From: Candidatus Hydrogenedentota bacterium
Lineage (GTDB): Bacteria > Hydrogenedentota > Hydrogenedentia > Hydrogenedentales > SLHB01
NCBI GenBank assembly: GCA_963668025.2
Contig: CAXXTH010000010.1
Coordinates: 416,001 to 480,000 of the forward strand
Reading direction: 5' to 3'
Length of the DNA: 64,000 nt
Made by a program: the position numbers and the translations under genes. Below are positions 20,026-30,366 of the stretch, in pieces. The notes under the pieces are model-generated. The model ran no database searches. It was not told where the DNA came from and was given only the letters and a program-made list of their open reading frames with translations. Each line of letters starts with the position of its first letter. Within the stretch, counting starts at the first letter, position 1.

Positions 20026-21063
20026 TTACTCTTGGCCCGCCGTTTTCGCGGCTTCCCCGGCCTCGCGAAGCCGCTTCGACTCGATGCGCTCCGCAAGCAA
20101 TGACTCCACGCCTGGGATTTCGACGCTGTATGGGTATTTCTGTTTCAGCGTATCCAACAGCGATTGGAGATTCTCGATAGAGCTAAACTTCGCGATTTCT
20201 CCCATGAGCTTGTCCGCCAGCGGAAAATCGGGATATTTCTGGAGAAAGGCGTTGTATCCGGCCACCGGTTGGAGGAAAAACTCGTATTCCGGCGTGCCTG
20301 GTTTGGGAGGGGCGGGGAGATTGGCGGGAGTGGGCGTTCGTTGAATGGTGGAATTTCTATACTGAATATACTGTCCATAGATCGTGTCCGCATACGTCGT
20401 CATGAGCGCTTCGGCGTCTGGCCCACTGTCCGGGATGCCCTGGAAATCCACTTCCATCAATGCACGTTTCCAGACATTGAAGGCTTCCAGATTCCGGCCC
20501 GCAGGTTCGACCACATCAATTTCCACGGACGTCCGAGCTACTACGGGGAAGACCAATCCATTCTCATCTGGTTCTGGAGGAGGAACAGAATACAATATCC
20601 ATTCAAGCTGAATGGTATGAAGGCCTGGCATATTCAGGGGAACAGCCGCTTGTTCATTTACGCTTGAATTTAAACTGCCCAGTATGCACGTGTCGAGGTA
20701 TACGCGGCCATAACACGTTTTGCCGGGAGCAAGTGTCTGCTTAGGCTCAAAGATAGGTCCTTCCATGAGCTTGCTGCATCCTAACAGTTTATCGCTATTT
20801 GGCTGAATAACGTAGGCTTCACATCCCCTAGGAGAATAAGTTTGTTCATATATCTCATAAACCTGCGACGATTTATTCTCGATTTTGAGATTTATCACCA
20901 ACGGCTGCCACAATAGCATCGTTCTCTGCGGCGTCGATGCGGTCAGGATGACTCCATCCGCTTCCGCTAGAACAGGTTGTTCGGATTGAGCTATCGCAGA
21001 AATACTTATAAGTAAAAGTATTGTATACATATATAATACATTCTCTATCACTCTATTTTTCAT
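20026..21063 (-). CDS. Secreted protein, Ig-like N-domain plus helical C-domain (paralogue D, intact)
   Basis: Signal peptide (..SISAIA-QS), AGGAG RBS; high similarity to 29371-30366 in two blocks. Confidence 0.8.
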   Translation of the reverse strand: MKNRVIENVLYMYTILLLISISAIAQSEQPVLAEADGVILTASTPQRTMLLWQPLVINLKIENKSSQVYEIYEQTYSPRGCEAYVIQPNSDKLLGCSKLMEGPIFEPKQTLAPGKTCYGRVYLDTCILGSLNSSVNEQAAVPLNMPGLHTIQLEWILYSVPPPEPDENGLVFPVVARTSVEIDVVEPAGRNLEAFNVWKRALMEVDFQGIPDSGPDAEALMTTYADTIYGQYIQYRNSTIQRTPTPANLPAPPKPGTPEYEFFLQPVAGYNAFLQKYPDFPLADKLMGEIAKFSSIENLQSLLDTLKQKYPYSVEIPGVESLLAERIESKRLREAGEAAKTAGQE

Positions 21064-21277
21064 GACCGTTCTCCTTCTATTTGTGTCATAAGTTAAGGAC
21101 TATCATGTAAGAATAATTACCACGGTTCACTCTCTCTACGAATTTTTACTATATCCCACGGAGCAAATGTTGTTGGTGGTACGCCACTATTTTCAAGTCC
21201 TTGGTACATAATATCAGGGCTTACGCATCTAATAGTGCTCAAGAGTCGATTTATCCTGTTGTGCATGATTTTTTCTG

Positions 21278-21577
21278 TCAACGTGGCCTGGGATTTTTCG
21301 CTTGGGGGAAGGTCTTTGCGCGCTCACGGCGGGTTTGCTTGACGACTTCGTCCACGTAGCGTTCAGCCAGCTTCATGAAAGCCTGGTAGCCATTGATGGC
21401 CTCTTTTAGGAACTCGGTTTCGCGCGCCGGCACATAGCGAACCACGTTCTTCTCGTTCTCCCAGCTCTGGTGGTTAAAGTGGGGACGCCCGCCCATTTGA
21501 CAGAGCTTTCCGCGCTCCATCCGCTCAATCTGCGCCATGCGCTCCAGCAATGCTTGCATCTTTTTGGTGTGCTTCAT
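21278..21577 (-). CDS. Small IS passenger protein (DUF6788-like)
   Basis: 99 aa basic protein with RGKL..., K...RYV and Y..F..L..RY pattern; lies inside the TIRs, divergent from the transposase. Confidence 0.65.
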   Translation of the reverse strand: MKHTKKMQALLERMAQIERMERGKLCQMGGRPHFNHQSWENEKNVVRYVPARETEFLKEAINGYQAFMKLAERYVDEVVKQTRRERAKTFPQAKNPRPR

Positions 21578-21586
21578 GGATTTTAA

Positions 21587-21604
21587 TATATAGAATTCTA
21601 TATA
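21587..21604. promoter_or_regulatory. Perfect 18-bp palindrome between the divergent IS genes (candidate operator)
   Basis: TATATAGAATTCTATATA, overlapping a minus-strand TTGACT...TATATT promoter-like sequence. Confidence 0.55.
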
Positions 21605-21648
21605 CTAGAGTCAACAGTGCTTCGGCGCATGAATGAAAGGAGCACCCC

Positions 21649-22806
21649 ATGACCGCTGAAAAGAAATCCCTGCCCAAGCCCAAGCCTATCATCGAGTGTT
21701 TCGCGGGCCTGCCCGATCCCCGCATGGACCGAACCCGCAGGCACAACTTCATTGACATCTTGGTGATTGGGCTATGCTCAGCCCTCGTGGGCGGAGAGAG
21801 CTTTTCGGATATGGAGCGCTTCGGCTGGCTCCGGGAGGATTGGCTGAAGGGCTTCCTGGAATTGCCCGGCGGCATCCCCTCGCACGACACCTTCAACCGG
21901 GTCTTTTCCGCCCTCGACCCCCATGCCTTTCTGGAATGCTTCGGCCAATGGGTGCAGGGCATTTGCCCCAATCTAAGCGATGAGGTCGCCGCCATTGACG
22001 GCAAAGCCCTGCGGCGCGCCTTGAATCAGGGGGAGGCCATCCCCTACATCGTCAGCGCATGGGCTTGCGAGCACGGCCTGGCGCTGGGGCAGGTCAAGGT
22101 GGACGAGAAATCCAACGAAATCACCGCCGTCCCCAAACTCCTCAACGCCTTAAAGCTCAAGGGAGCCATCGTCACCCTGGACGCCATGGGCTGCCAGAAG
22201 GATATCGCCTCCCACATTATCCAACGGCAGGCCGACTACGTGCTGGCCCTCAAAGGCAACCACGCCACCGCCCTAGAAGAAGTGAAGGCCTTTTTCAAGG
22301 ACGCCGTTCCCCCTTGCGCCACCCAGTGCGCGCCAACAGCCGACGCCACACGGATGGATTTCCACCAGACCATCGACAAGGGGCATGGCCGCATCGAAAC
22401 CCGCCGATACTGGCAATCCACCGACTTGGGCTGGTTCGAGGACAAAGGACTTTGGAAGGGCCTCAAGAGTTTCGGCATGGTCGAGTCCATCCGCAAGGAA
22501 AAAGGGAAGAACACCATCGAGCGGCGCTACTACTTGAGCAGCCTGCCCCTCGACGCACGACGATTCGCCCACGCCGTGCGTGGACACTGGGGCGTGGAAA
22601 ACAATTTGCACTGGTGCCTAGACATTATCTTTCGCGAAGACGACAACCGCGCCCGAACAAGAAACGCCGCCCAGAATCTCGCCTCCTTGAGGAGAATTAC
22701 ACTCAACCTCCTCAAGAAAGACAAGACCAACAAAGATTTCCTCAGGGGCAAGCGCTTCGCTGCTGCACTCGACCCCGAATACCTTCTACGTTTACTGGGA
22801 ATTTAG
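21649..22806 (+). CDS. ISAs1-family DDE transposase
   Basis: DPR, GIPSHDTF, AIDGK.LR, KSNEITA.P, DAMGCQK, KGHGRIETR and HWGVEN.LHW.LD motifs. Confidence 0.97.
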   Translation: MTAEKKSLPKPKPIIECFAGLPDPRMDRTRRHNFIDILVIGLCSALVGGESFSDMERFGWLREDWLKGFLELPGGIPSHDTFNRVFSALDPHAFLECFGQWVQGICPNLSDEVAAIDGKALRRALNQGEAIPYIVSAWACEHGLALGQVKVDEKSNEITAVPKLLNALKLKGAIVTLDAMGCQKDIASHIIQRQADYVLALKGNHATALEEVKAFFKDAVPPCATQCAPTADATRMDFHQTIDKGHGRIETRRYWQSTDLGWFEDKGLWKGLKSFGMVESIRKEKGKNTIERRYYLSSLPLDARRFAHAVRGHWGVENNLHWCLDIIFREDDNRARTRNAAQNLASLRRITLNLLKKDKTNKDFLRGKRFAAALDPEYLLRLLGI

Positions 22807-24540
22807 ATGCGTAAGCCCTGTACATAATATGACCAGCAATTCCACTCTCACTGAGTCCAAACGTATGGCCAACTTCATGAGCTAGAATATTTTGGCCCCA
22901 TTGAGAACCTATCTCGCGTATATCCTCCTGATTTACTGCTGCGTATGAAGGAGGATCTTTGTCTGTTTCTCTCTGAACTACTCCTCCCGTAAAACTTTCT
23001 TCACCATCCCTGTCCCGACTCGTATCTGATTCATAAGCAGCAACAATATATGTACACCAGAAAGCGTTATCCAGTGGCGAATCAGGATATGCAATTATAT
23101 AGTTGTGGATAGCAAAGGTTGTTTCATATGGACGGATAGTTTCATCAAGAAGTAAATTCCTGTGAAAAGGGATTTTCTCATTATTCCATCCTACAGGCAA
23201 ATCAAAAACCACCTTCACATACGCTTCCGTAAATGCACTTACAAGAGTGTTTGTACTTGGAAGCGTCGTCGAAGAACCAGGATCTACGTCATCGGTATTG
23301 ATTTGGTATGGATCTCCATATTCGATTTCGGTCAAGCCTGGATCGAGTGCAAGATAAGTCGTTCCATTGAAGATAATAGGCTTATTGGTAATTGTTGGGC
23401 GATTGGTGTCGGTGAACAAAGCTCCAGGCAGTTGATTATTTGGCAACCAATCGGAATGCGTCGGCCGCCAGTCCACACCTATATCCGAAACATATGTATA
23501 AAACCCTACTTGGGCTTCTAGTCTGACTGTTCCATTCAATGTTCCAAAATACTCCATGGGCGCTGGAGCCCGGTCGGGTTCGCCCATCATATCTCGCTCA
23601 ACATGAATTTTACGCCAAACAACAAGGTATTGTGGGATGGTTTTGATATAAAAATTGTCAAACAGGTTTGGATTGATCGCATCTGCCAGCGTCATTGATG
23701 CTAGTTTATCTGAAAAAAGTGAGGCGGAAGCTCGGTAATTGTCGCCAGGTCGCATGCTTACCTCAAGGCAAGCATACGCATAACCGTAACTATCCGTAAG
23801 GGCAACAGAATCTATAGAAGCTGTCCCGAAATTATCATTCCCTGCATCCCCATTGGGATCGATCCAGGTGGTATTACTTGAAGGATCGTCAATATCCCAA
23901 AGCCGGAAATAGACCGGAACATTCGCGATAGCGGGAGTAATTCGCGCTTTTACCCATATACTATTTCTATATTCTGGATGTTGGTCATCCCAGGCTATCT
24001 TGTCCGGGAATATCTTTAGCCCAACAACTTGGCTGCCTCCAAGTATTGATTCTGGCGTCAAGTTCGTTGGGTGATATACTGACCAAGCAATGCTGGAAAG
24101 CTGCACAACATCAATGGTCCGTGATGGGGCCGAAACGGTTTCATCATCTGCGGAAGGTCCGGCAATCGCCCGGTCATCCGCATCGCAGCCAATGGTGTAC
24201 CGGCCCGCGGAGGTGGGAGTCCATTCCGCTTCATTATTGGTAGGATATCCTGGCACAATAGGTTCGGGTTCATTATCGCCAGGATTCGCATACCAGTTTG
24301 TTGCATCTACATAATCGTATCGCCACCCAATGAATTCGCCATCTTTGTATGCGGTGTCCCATTCCTGAAAGGGGCCAAAACTGAACAGAATAGTAGATGG
24401 ATTATCAGGGTCAAGGCAAATATAGGAAACATCGGTTGTTTCGGGAGGCACGGTCGCGGTGATGGAAAAATCATCGGATTCCATATCCGGATCTGGGCCA
24501 ACGGTATATACTGCGTTTGCGTCAGAGCAAATAATCATCA

Positions 24541-24564
24541 AGAGAGAGAGAGAGAGAGAGAGAG
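24541..24564. repeat. (AG)12/(CT)12 simple sequence repeat in the signal-peptide coding region
   Basis: 24 nt of AG repeats between ATG 24599 and the long ORF that starts at 24541. Confidence 0.95.
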
Positions 24565-24729
24565 CAAACTGTACTGCTACACAACAATATCCGTTTCATG
24601 CACGCCTCCTTTGCCTTTTCACGGGCAGGCCTCTCGCGCGTGATGCTGGGCGGCACAATCACCCCAAGGATCGCTCGCGGAGGCTCGAAACACCTCCGTG
24701 CGCCCGCATGCGCATGCTCCAATACGCCT

Positions 24730-24758
24730 AGTATGCTATAGTCTTCCAATCCTGTCAA
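24730..24758 (-). promoter_or_regulatory. Sigma70-type promoter of the metallopeptidase gene
   Basis: TTGACA-17 nt-CATACT on the minus strand. Confidence 0.55.
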
Positions 24759-24850
24759 GACTTTTGTTATGGGGAATAGAGTACTGCGGATGAATCAGTT
24801 CTACGCTCCAAAAGCATCTACAACGTCTGCATATACAGCGGCGTAATCTA

Positions 24851-25123
24851 TTAACCGAAGGAAGCGGCGTCCCTGTTCGGCATTGTACTTAGGCGCCACT
24901 GTAGCCGCCTGAAATGGTTTCGGGTGGCAGGGGGAGGCAATTGGCCGGTTTTGAGGTAGTTGGCGAGGGCGGCGCGGATTAAACTGACACGGATTCGCAA
25001 GCTTCGAGCAACTTTGGTCGCATTCATGGGCGGTCCTCCTTGGCCGAGTTGGACTGCGGCTGTTAACACCAGGATTCTGACGCGCCAGGGAGACCGTTTC
25101 AATAAAGCCAAAGATCCTCCCAA
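24851..25123 (-). other. Possible small HTH protein or transposase N-terminal remnant
   Basis: WRVRIL...NATKVARSLRI.V..IR..L..Y...G resembles an HTH; no clear start or RBS. Confidence 0.25.
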
Positions 25124-25220
25124 AATCCGACAAGGACACTTCTCTAGACGGGTAACTCTATTCAGAATAATCAGTTGCGGCGTTCATTCCCCATTTTTAG
25201 TAATCCGGTACTTTTTCTTC

Positions 25221-25249
25221 TTGACAAAGTAAGCGCACATTTATACGAT
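25221..25249 (+). promoter_or_regulatory. Sigma70-type promoter
   Basis: TTGACA-17 nt-TACGAT upstream of 25461. Confidence 0.6.
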
Positions 25250-25460
25250 TAAGTAGACTAGAGTATGTTTTTTCGCATATTTCGTAATCCTTCGTATATT
25301 CCGCGATAACGGTACTGGTGGCTGGGCGATTGTCGTACGCCGGAGGGATGGCTGGGTCAGTTCGTGTGTTCATTCTTTGCAGTGAGCGTAATCCGGGAGG
25401 AGAGCTGTTTTCCTCCCGTACGGGGCACGGGCCATACGTTAAAGAAGGAGGATAGGGCGG

Positions 25461-26288
25461 ATGAATATGGGAATAGTCTACAAGATGTCACTGCTGTTAG
25501 TTGTCACGGTTTGCCTCACTTCAGGCCTCGCAGGTGCGGATGTTCGCAATCCCGTCCAGGCGGTGGAGGTCGCCACTGCGCCTGTTCAAGACGGCGTGAT
25601 CAGCGCGCAGGAATACGGGGCGCTTGCGCCGCTTTCCATGACGGCGGACAACGCCTTTCAGGTGGATTGGGGCGGCACAGTGCTGGCGCCAGCCGTGGAT
25701 GACCTGAGCTATGACGTTTATGCGGCATGGGACAGTGAAGCCCTATATATCGCGCTGGATGTCACCGACAACGAAGTCTTGACCGCGGCAACGCTCTGGG
25801 GCGGAGGCGAGATGGCGCAGATCGTTCTCGCGGAAGTCGGAGCCGTGGCGAGAGAGGCTGGCTCGCTGAGTGATGTCGGCATTCTCCCGGATGGCGCCAT
25901 CGCGTGGCAGAACAACGCTGGCGGAGGCGATGTTTCATGGGGCGCTGCCAATATCACCGGCGCCTGGGAAACGACGGCGACGGGTTATGTGATCGAGTTG
26001 CGCTATCCGTGGTCGGATTTCAAGATCACGCTGCCCACGATCGAGATCGGCGCGCAATTGGTGGCCATGTTCGCGCTCGTGGACTACGATGCGGCCGCCC
26101 TTCACGCGTTCATGATTTCGTCCGGCGGGCCGGAAGCCAATCCCTTTGAGAATCATAAGGATCTGAGCACGGTGACGCTCGTCGGAGCGGGCTCAGGGTC
26201 TGACGTACCTGTAGCCGGAGCGGCTGCATTAGCGGCCTTGGCTGTTGCCATGCTAGCGGCCGGCGTAAAGACCTTTAAGCGTAAATGA
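25461..26288 (+). CDS. Secreted CBM9/DOMON-like sugar-binding protein with C-terminal sorting signal
   Basis: Signal peptide; P..DG.I...EY, AWD...LYIA.DVTD and GY.IE...PW motifs; tail VPVAG-TM-KTFKRK. Confidence 0.75.
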   Translation: MNMGIVYKMSLLLVVTVCLTSGLAGADVRNPVQAVEVATAPVQDGVISAQEYGALAPLSMTADNAFQVDWGGTVLAPAVDDLSYDVYAAWDSEALYIALDVTDNEVLTAATLWGGGEMAQIVLAEVGAVAREAGSLSDVGILPDGAIAWQNNAGGGDVSWGAANITGAWETTATGYVIELRYPWSDFKITLPTIEIGAQLVAMFALVDYDAAALHAFMISSGGPEANPFENHKDLSTVTLVGAGSGSDVPVAGAAALAALAVAMLAAGVKTFKRK

Positions 26289-26303
26289 CAGTTTGAGTGT
26301 GAT

Positions 26304-26332
26304 GCACGGGCCGGCCATGCGCTGGCCCGTGT
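26304..26332 (+). terminator. Hairpin after the CBM9-like gene
   Basis: GCACGGGCCGG..CTGGCCCGTGT stem; weak U tract. Confidence 0.4.
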
Positions 26333-26682
26333 CATATCATATCCCCGCGCCACACGCGCTCCGAAACTGCCTCAACGAAAGGCGGGAAAGACAAGGCGCT
26401 CTGCTGCTCTGAAGAATTTTCCAAGCACGGGGGAGCGCCTCAGTTCGCAACCCGGTATGAGTTTCCCGTCTGCCCCCTTCCTCGAATCCAATTCGCTCTT
26501 CCAGGCCTCTCTTTCCTGTATCTTCACACACTGCAAAAGGCCTTTTGCTACAATATCCCATTCTTTTCTGGTGATTCGGCGATACTTTGCCTGTTGCGTT
26601 ATTCGGAGTAAATAGTGGCTTTCTCTACTTTTTTCATAGGCCTTATATCCTCATGGCCACGAAAAAATGGTCTTCTGTTCTT

Positions 26683-29061
26683 CTACTGTAAATTCCTTGG
26701 GATAGTCTCTTGCCAGGTGCGTTCCGCAACTGTTTTGCCATTTTCGCGCACGCATTTCGTGAAATCGAGTATGAAGTTCGCCGTGTCCGATTGGATAGTC
26801 AATGTGCCGGATACGTCAATGGCGCGGCCTTCGATGTTGAAAACGTGCTGGCGGAATCCGCTGAATTGCGCGTTATCAGGCGTGGCGTCGTAGGCGTTCC
26901 ATGTGTAGGAATCCGCGGAATTAAAATCGCTTTCCCCAATCCGCCAGTCGCAATCGCTGGTGACATAGTATGTGGACTCGCCAAGCGTGGCGTCCCGGTA
27001 GGCGGGGCTGATCGGGCCGAAGGAATACCCGTGTGCGCCGTCGGGCGATTCGTCGTATGCCTCAGGTTCGGGCAAGTCGATAGGCGAAGCCGTCGGCTCG
27101 GGCGGAATCGGCAAGGTTAGTTTGGTGGCTTGGCTCAATATTAGCGAAGTGCTTCCCGGATAAGGCGAGGGCCAGATCATGGGAAACTGCGCATTCGAAA
27201 TGGCCAGGCGGATTCGATGTTTCGGCTGGAACCGCCAAGTTGTGAAATGAATGCGGGCGGCCAATGGCGTCGGCTCACCGGGCGTCAATGGAACCGGGTC
27301 CAGGCGTGACAGGCGTTGCGAGGGATTGATGAGCGCGCCGCTGACAAGGGATACCGCGCCATCCGGCGCGACATCTTCGAGGCGAACCGTCCACTGGAAC
27401 AGCGCTGCGTCCGCCACGACGTTCAAATGTACTTCCGGACGTCCAATTATTTCGATGGTTTCGTCCAGCGGCGCACTATCGTACACGAGGCTTTCCTCGT
27501 CATCCTTCACCATATCCGGCGTGAGGTCGCCCCACCATCCGAGCGCCGCGATGCCCGCGCCTGCGGCGTATTGCAGGGTATCGGTTTGTCCTTCCGAGAC
27601 GCTGGCCGTTTCGAGCGTATGGTTAGCTTCGGGATACAACGTCATCTCGGTCATTCCGGCAATCGGCCACGCCTTGTCCCAGCGCCACTCGCCGGGTGTT
27701 TCCGTCATGGACAGGGAAGGTTCATGGCCATCGCGCACAAACGTAAGCAGACGCGGCTCATCGAGCACGCCATTATCCACGTTCTTCAGCCAATGGTCCC
27801 ACCAGCGCAACGCGCGTTGCCGCCATTCGTAATTAGGACCGGGTTTGCCATATTCAGGCCAAGCGTGATTCCATGGGCCGATTTCCGCGATGACCGGTGC
27901 GTTCGAGGTCTCGCAGACTTCGGAAACAAAATCGCGATATCCATCGAGCAGGCCGCCCACGAGATAAGCCGGCACTTCGAGTGGCTCTTTGAACTTAATG
28001 GACTTGTCACGCCAGAAGGCGCTGTCCTGCTGTTCGCGAAACCAAGTGAAAACCCACGGTTCACGATCGAACCGGTCCGCCCGCCATTGCGCGTCGAGCT
28101 TATAGCCCGGTGGCGCGGGCAGAATATTGTCGACGTCGATCTGTTGTGCGTATTGATCCATGTGCAGCACACCGTCAATATAATGCACATCGTTATAGTA
28201 CAGGTCCGTCGAGGCGTGCGCCGCAATAATGGCCTTTAACGCAGGCGGCTTGCGCGAGGCGGTCATCAACGAATTGAACCCACTCCACGACACGCCATAC
28301 ATGCCCACGCTTCCATTAGCCCAATCCTTTTTTGATAGTTGATCGATCACCTCGACCGCGTCATCAATTTCAGTTTCAGAATATTCGCACGGAGGAATGG
28401 AACCTTCGCTGCTGCCCGTTCCTCGCACATCCACCCGGACAATCGTGTATCCATGCTTCGCAAAATACGCGCCATACTCGTAATCGCCCAGATAGAAAAG
28501 GTCGTCTTTGCGGTAGGGAAGCAACTCCAGAACGGCGGGAAATTTCTCACCATTGGCCTGTGGCAGCGGCCGGTAATACGTGGCGGCAAGACGAATGCCG
28601 TCCTGCATGGCCAGCCAGTCCTTTTCCACGACGAACTGGTATGTATGGGGCGTAGCATTAGCGGCGGCCTGAGCGACATAGACCAGCGCGGGGCTTCCCG
28701 TCACTTCGTCGCCGCAATCGTCCCAGGCTCGCACACGAATCGCCGCCGACCGCGCCGTTTGCGTAGTGTTCTCAGCGTATGTTATTGAGACTTTGCTCGG
28801 CCCCGATTTGTCACAGGAAAGCCATCCCGTTTCCCCGGATTCACCCGCGTCCGGAGCACTGGAAATGACCTCGACGGTCCATTGCCTCGCGGTATCGAGA
28901 TTCTCCCCCATCGCCATCGACACCGCACCTGCCGCCGGTCCCGCGCCGATCTGTGTATACGCCGGTTCCAACGTCACCGTCACATACAACGGGCATCCCG
29001 TCAGAGCAACGCAAACCAGTCCCACAAAAAGCAGGCCGCGAATTTCAAACCATCGACGCAT
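26683..29061 (-). CDS. CocE/NonD (Xaa-Pro dipeptidyl-peptidase-like) hydrolase, lipoprotein with N-terminal BACON-like domain
   Basis: Lipobox ALTGC; PYRKDD, DVRGTGSSEG, GVSWSG nucleophile and GPWNH motifs; WL...NT...RSA.I.V BACON pattern; start chosen at ATG 29061. Confidence 0.88.
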   Translation of the reverse strand: MRRWFEIRGLLFVGLVCVALTGCPLYVTVTLEPAYTQIGAGPAAGAVSMAMGENLDTARQWTVEVISSAPDAGESGETGWLSCDKSGPSKVSITYAENTTQTARSAAIRVRAWDDCGDEVTGSPALVYVAQAAANATPHTYQFVVEKDWLAMQDGIRLAATYYRPLPQANGEKFPAVLELLPYRKDDLFYLGDYEYGAYFAKHGYTIVRVDVRGTGSSEGSIPPCEYSETEIDDAVEVIDQLSKKDWANGSVGMYGVSWSGFNSLMTASRKPPALKAIIAAHASTDLYYNDVHYIDGVLHMDQYAQQIDVDNILPAPPGYKLDAQWRADRFDREPWVFTWFREQQDSAFWRDKSIKFKEPLEVPAYLVGGLLDGYRDFVSEVCETSNAPVIAEIGPWNHAWPEYGKPGPNYEWRQRALRWWDHWLKNVDNGVLDEPRLLTFVRDGHEPSLSMTETPGEWRWDKAWPIAGMTEMTLYPEANHTLETASVSEGQTDTLQYAAGAGIAALGWWGDLTPDMVKDDEESLVYDSAPLDETIEIIGRPEVHLNVVADAALFQWTVRLEDVAPDGAVSLVSGALINPSQRLSRLDPVPLTPGEPTPLAARIHFTTWRFQPKHRIRLAISNAQFPMIWPSPYPGSTSLILSQATKLTLPIPPEPTASPIDLPEPEAYDESPDGAHGYSFGPISPAYRDATLGESTYYVTSDCDWRIGESDFNSADSYTWNAYDATPDNAQFSGFRQHVFNIEGRAIDVSGTLTIQSDTANFILDFTKCVRENGKTVAERTWQETIPRNLQ

Positions 29062-29339
29062 AAATCGTTCCTTCCTACCTCTATCGCCGTACCGTCCCCA
29101 GGTTTCACTGTTTCTCGTCGAAATCACGCCATGCCTCAAGAGCGATCAGGCTTGATTAGGCGATATAGCTTCATACATCAAAACTTGGAACAAACATACG
29201 GGTGAATGCAATGATCCGATCCGCAGAGGTATATTCATGATCGTATCCTTTCTCTGGGCCTCTTGTTGAATGCTCCGGCATTTTACCACAGAGGCACGGA
29301 GGAGCACAGAGAAATAAGCCCAAACAGAATGATACGCCC

Positions 29340-30366
29340 TTACTCCTGGCCCGTTGCTTTCGTGGCTTCATCAGCTTCGCGAAGCTGCTTCGATGCGCTC
29401 TGCGAGCAAAGCCTCCACGCCCGGGATTTCTACACTATACGGATATTTTTGCTTCAGCGTATCCAGCAGCGATTGGAGATTCTCGATAGAGCTAAACTTC
29501 GCGATTTCTCCCATGAGCTTGTCCGCCAGCGGGAAATCGGGGTATTTCTGGAGAAAGGCGTTGTATCCGGCCATCGGTTGGGTAAAAAACTCGTATTCCG
29601 GCGTGCCTGGTTCGGGAGGGGCAGGGAGATTGGCGGGAGTGGGCGTCCGTTGTATGTAACAGTTTTTGTACTGAACATATTGCCCATAGATCGTGTCGGC
29701 ATAGGTCGTCATAAGCGCTTCCGCGTCTGGCCCACTGTCGGGAATCGTCCAGAAATTCGCCTCTTCCATCGCGCGTTTCCACGCATTGAACGCTTCTAGA
29801 TTGCGGCCCGCAGGTTCGACTACATCAATTTCCACAGACGCCAAAGCTACGATGTGATGAATGATCCCATTTCTATCGGGTTCAGGGGCAGGCACGGAAT
29901 GCAGCGGCCATTTAAGCTGTATCGTGTAATGGCCTGTTCTATTGAGTGGCACAAATCCTTCATTATTTATTTCCGACTTTATTTTACCCAATATACAGGC
30001 ATCGATGAATATGCGGCCATAATACTCCTTACCAGGTTCAAGTTTTACCCGGTGCGAAACCCTTGATCCTGTGATAAACGAACTGCAAGTGAATCGCTCA
30101 TTACTGTTGGGTGGAACAATATAAACCACGCAGCCACTAGGAAAATCTGTCTGGGGATTAATCTCGTATGGCTGCGATGACTTGTTTTCGAGCATGAGAT
30201 TGATCACCAACGGCTGCCACAATAGCATCGTTCGCTGCGGCGTCGATGCGGTGAGGGTAACGCCATCCGCTTCCGCTAAACGTAATTCCGGCGTAGAAGC
30301 TTCTGCCCAATTAAGACCGCAGAACAAAGAAAACGCGACTAGAAGGTATACCAAGCGAGTATTCAT
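29340..30366 (-). pseudogene. Paralogue B of the secreted Ig-like family; near-complete, C-terminal 5-nt deletion (ORF stops at 29371)
   Basis: Relative to D, ATCGA-GTCGA-AGC became ATCGA-AGC, shifting the last codons; the original tail QLREADEATKATGQE* is still readable to 29340. The product may still be functional. Confidence 0.75.

Larger units (their letters stand above)
21215..22820 (+). mobile_element. ISAs1-family insertion sequence
   Basis: Perfect 18-bp TIRs CAGGGCTTACGCATCTAA (21215-21232 and 22803-22820); 10-bp TSD TACATAATAT (21205-21214 and 22821-22830). Confidence 0.97.
21117..24599 (-). pseudogene. Secreted metzincin-like zinc metallopeptidase, frameshifted at (CT)12 and interrupted by ISAs1
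   Basis: AGGAGG RBS and ATG at 24599; HEVGHTFGLSE..HIMY; removing the IS and one TSD copy restores MYQGLENSGVPPTTFAPWDIVKIRRESEPW* ending at 21117. Confidence 0.85.

Noticed and set aside
22742-22820. C-terminus of the 599-aa ORF as a genuine protein end
   Set aside because: It is read-through into the ISAs1 right end; the true tail lies at 21204-21117
20026-30366. Diversity-generating retroelement (TR/VR pair) explaining paralogues B and D
   Set aside because: Differences in the shared block are mostly third-position changes involving all bases, not adenine-specific, and there is no reverse transcriptase in the window
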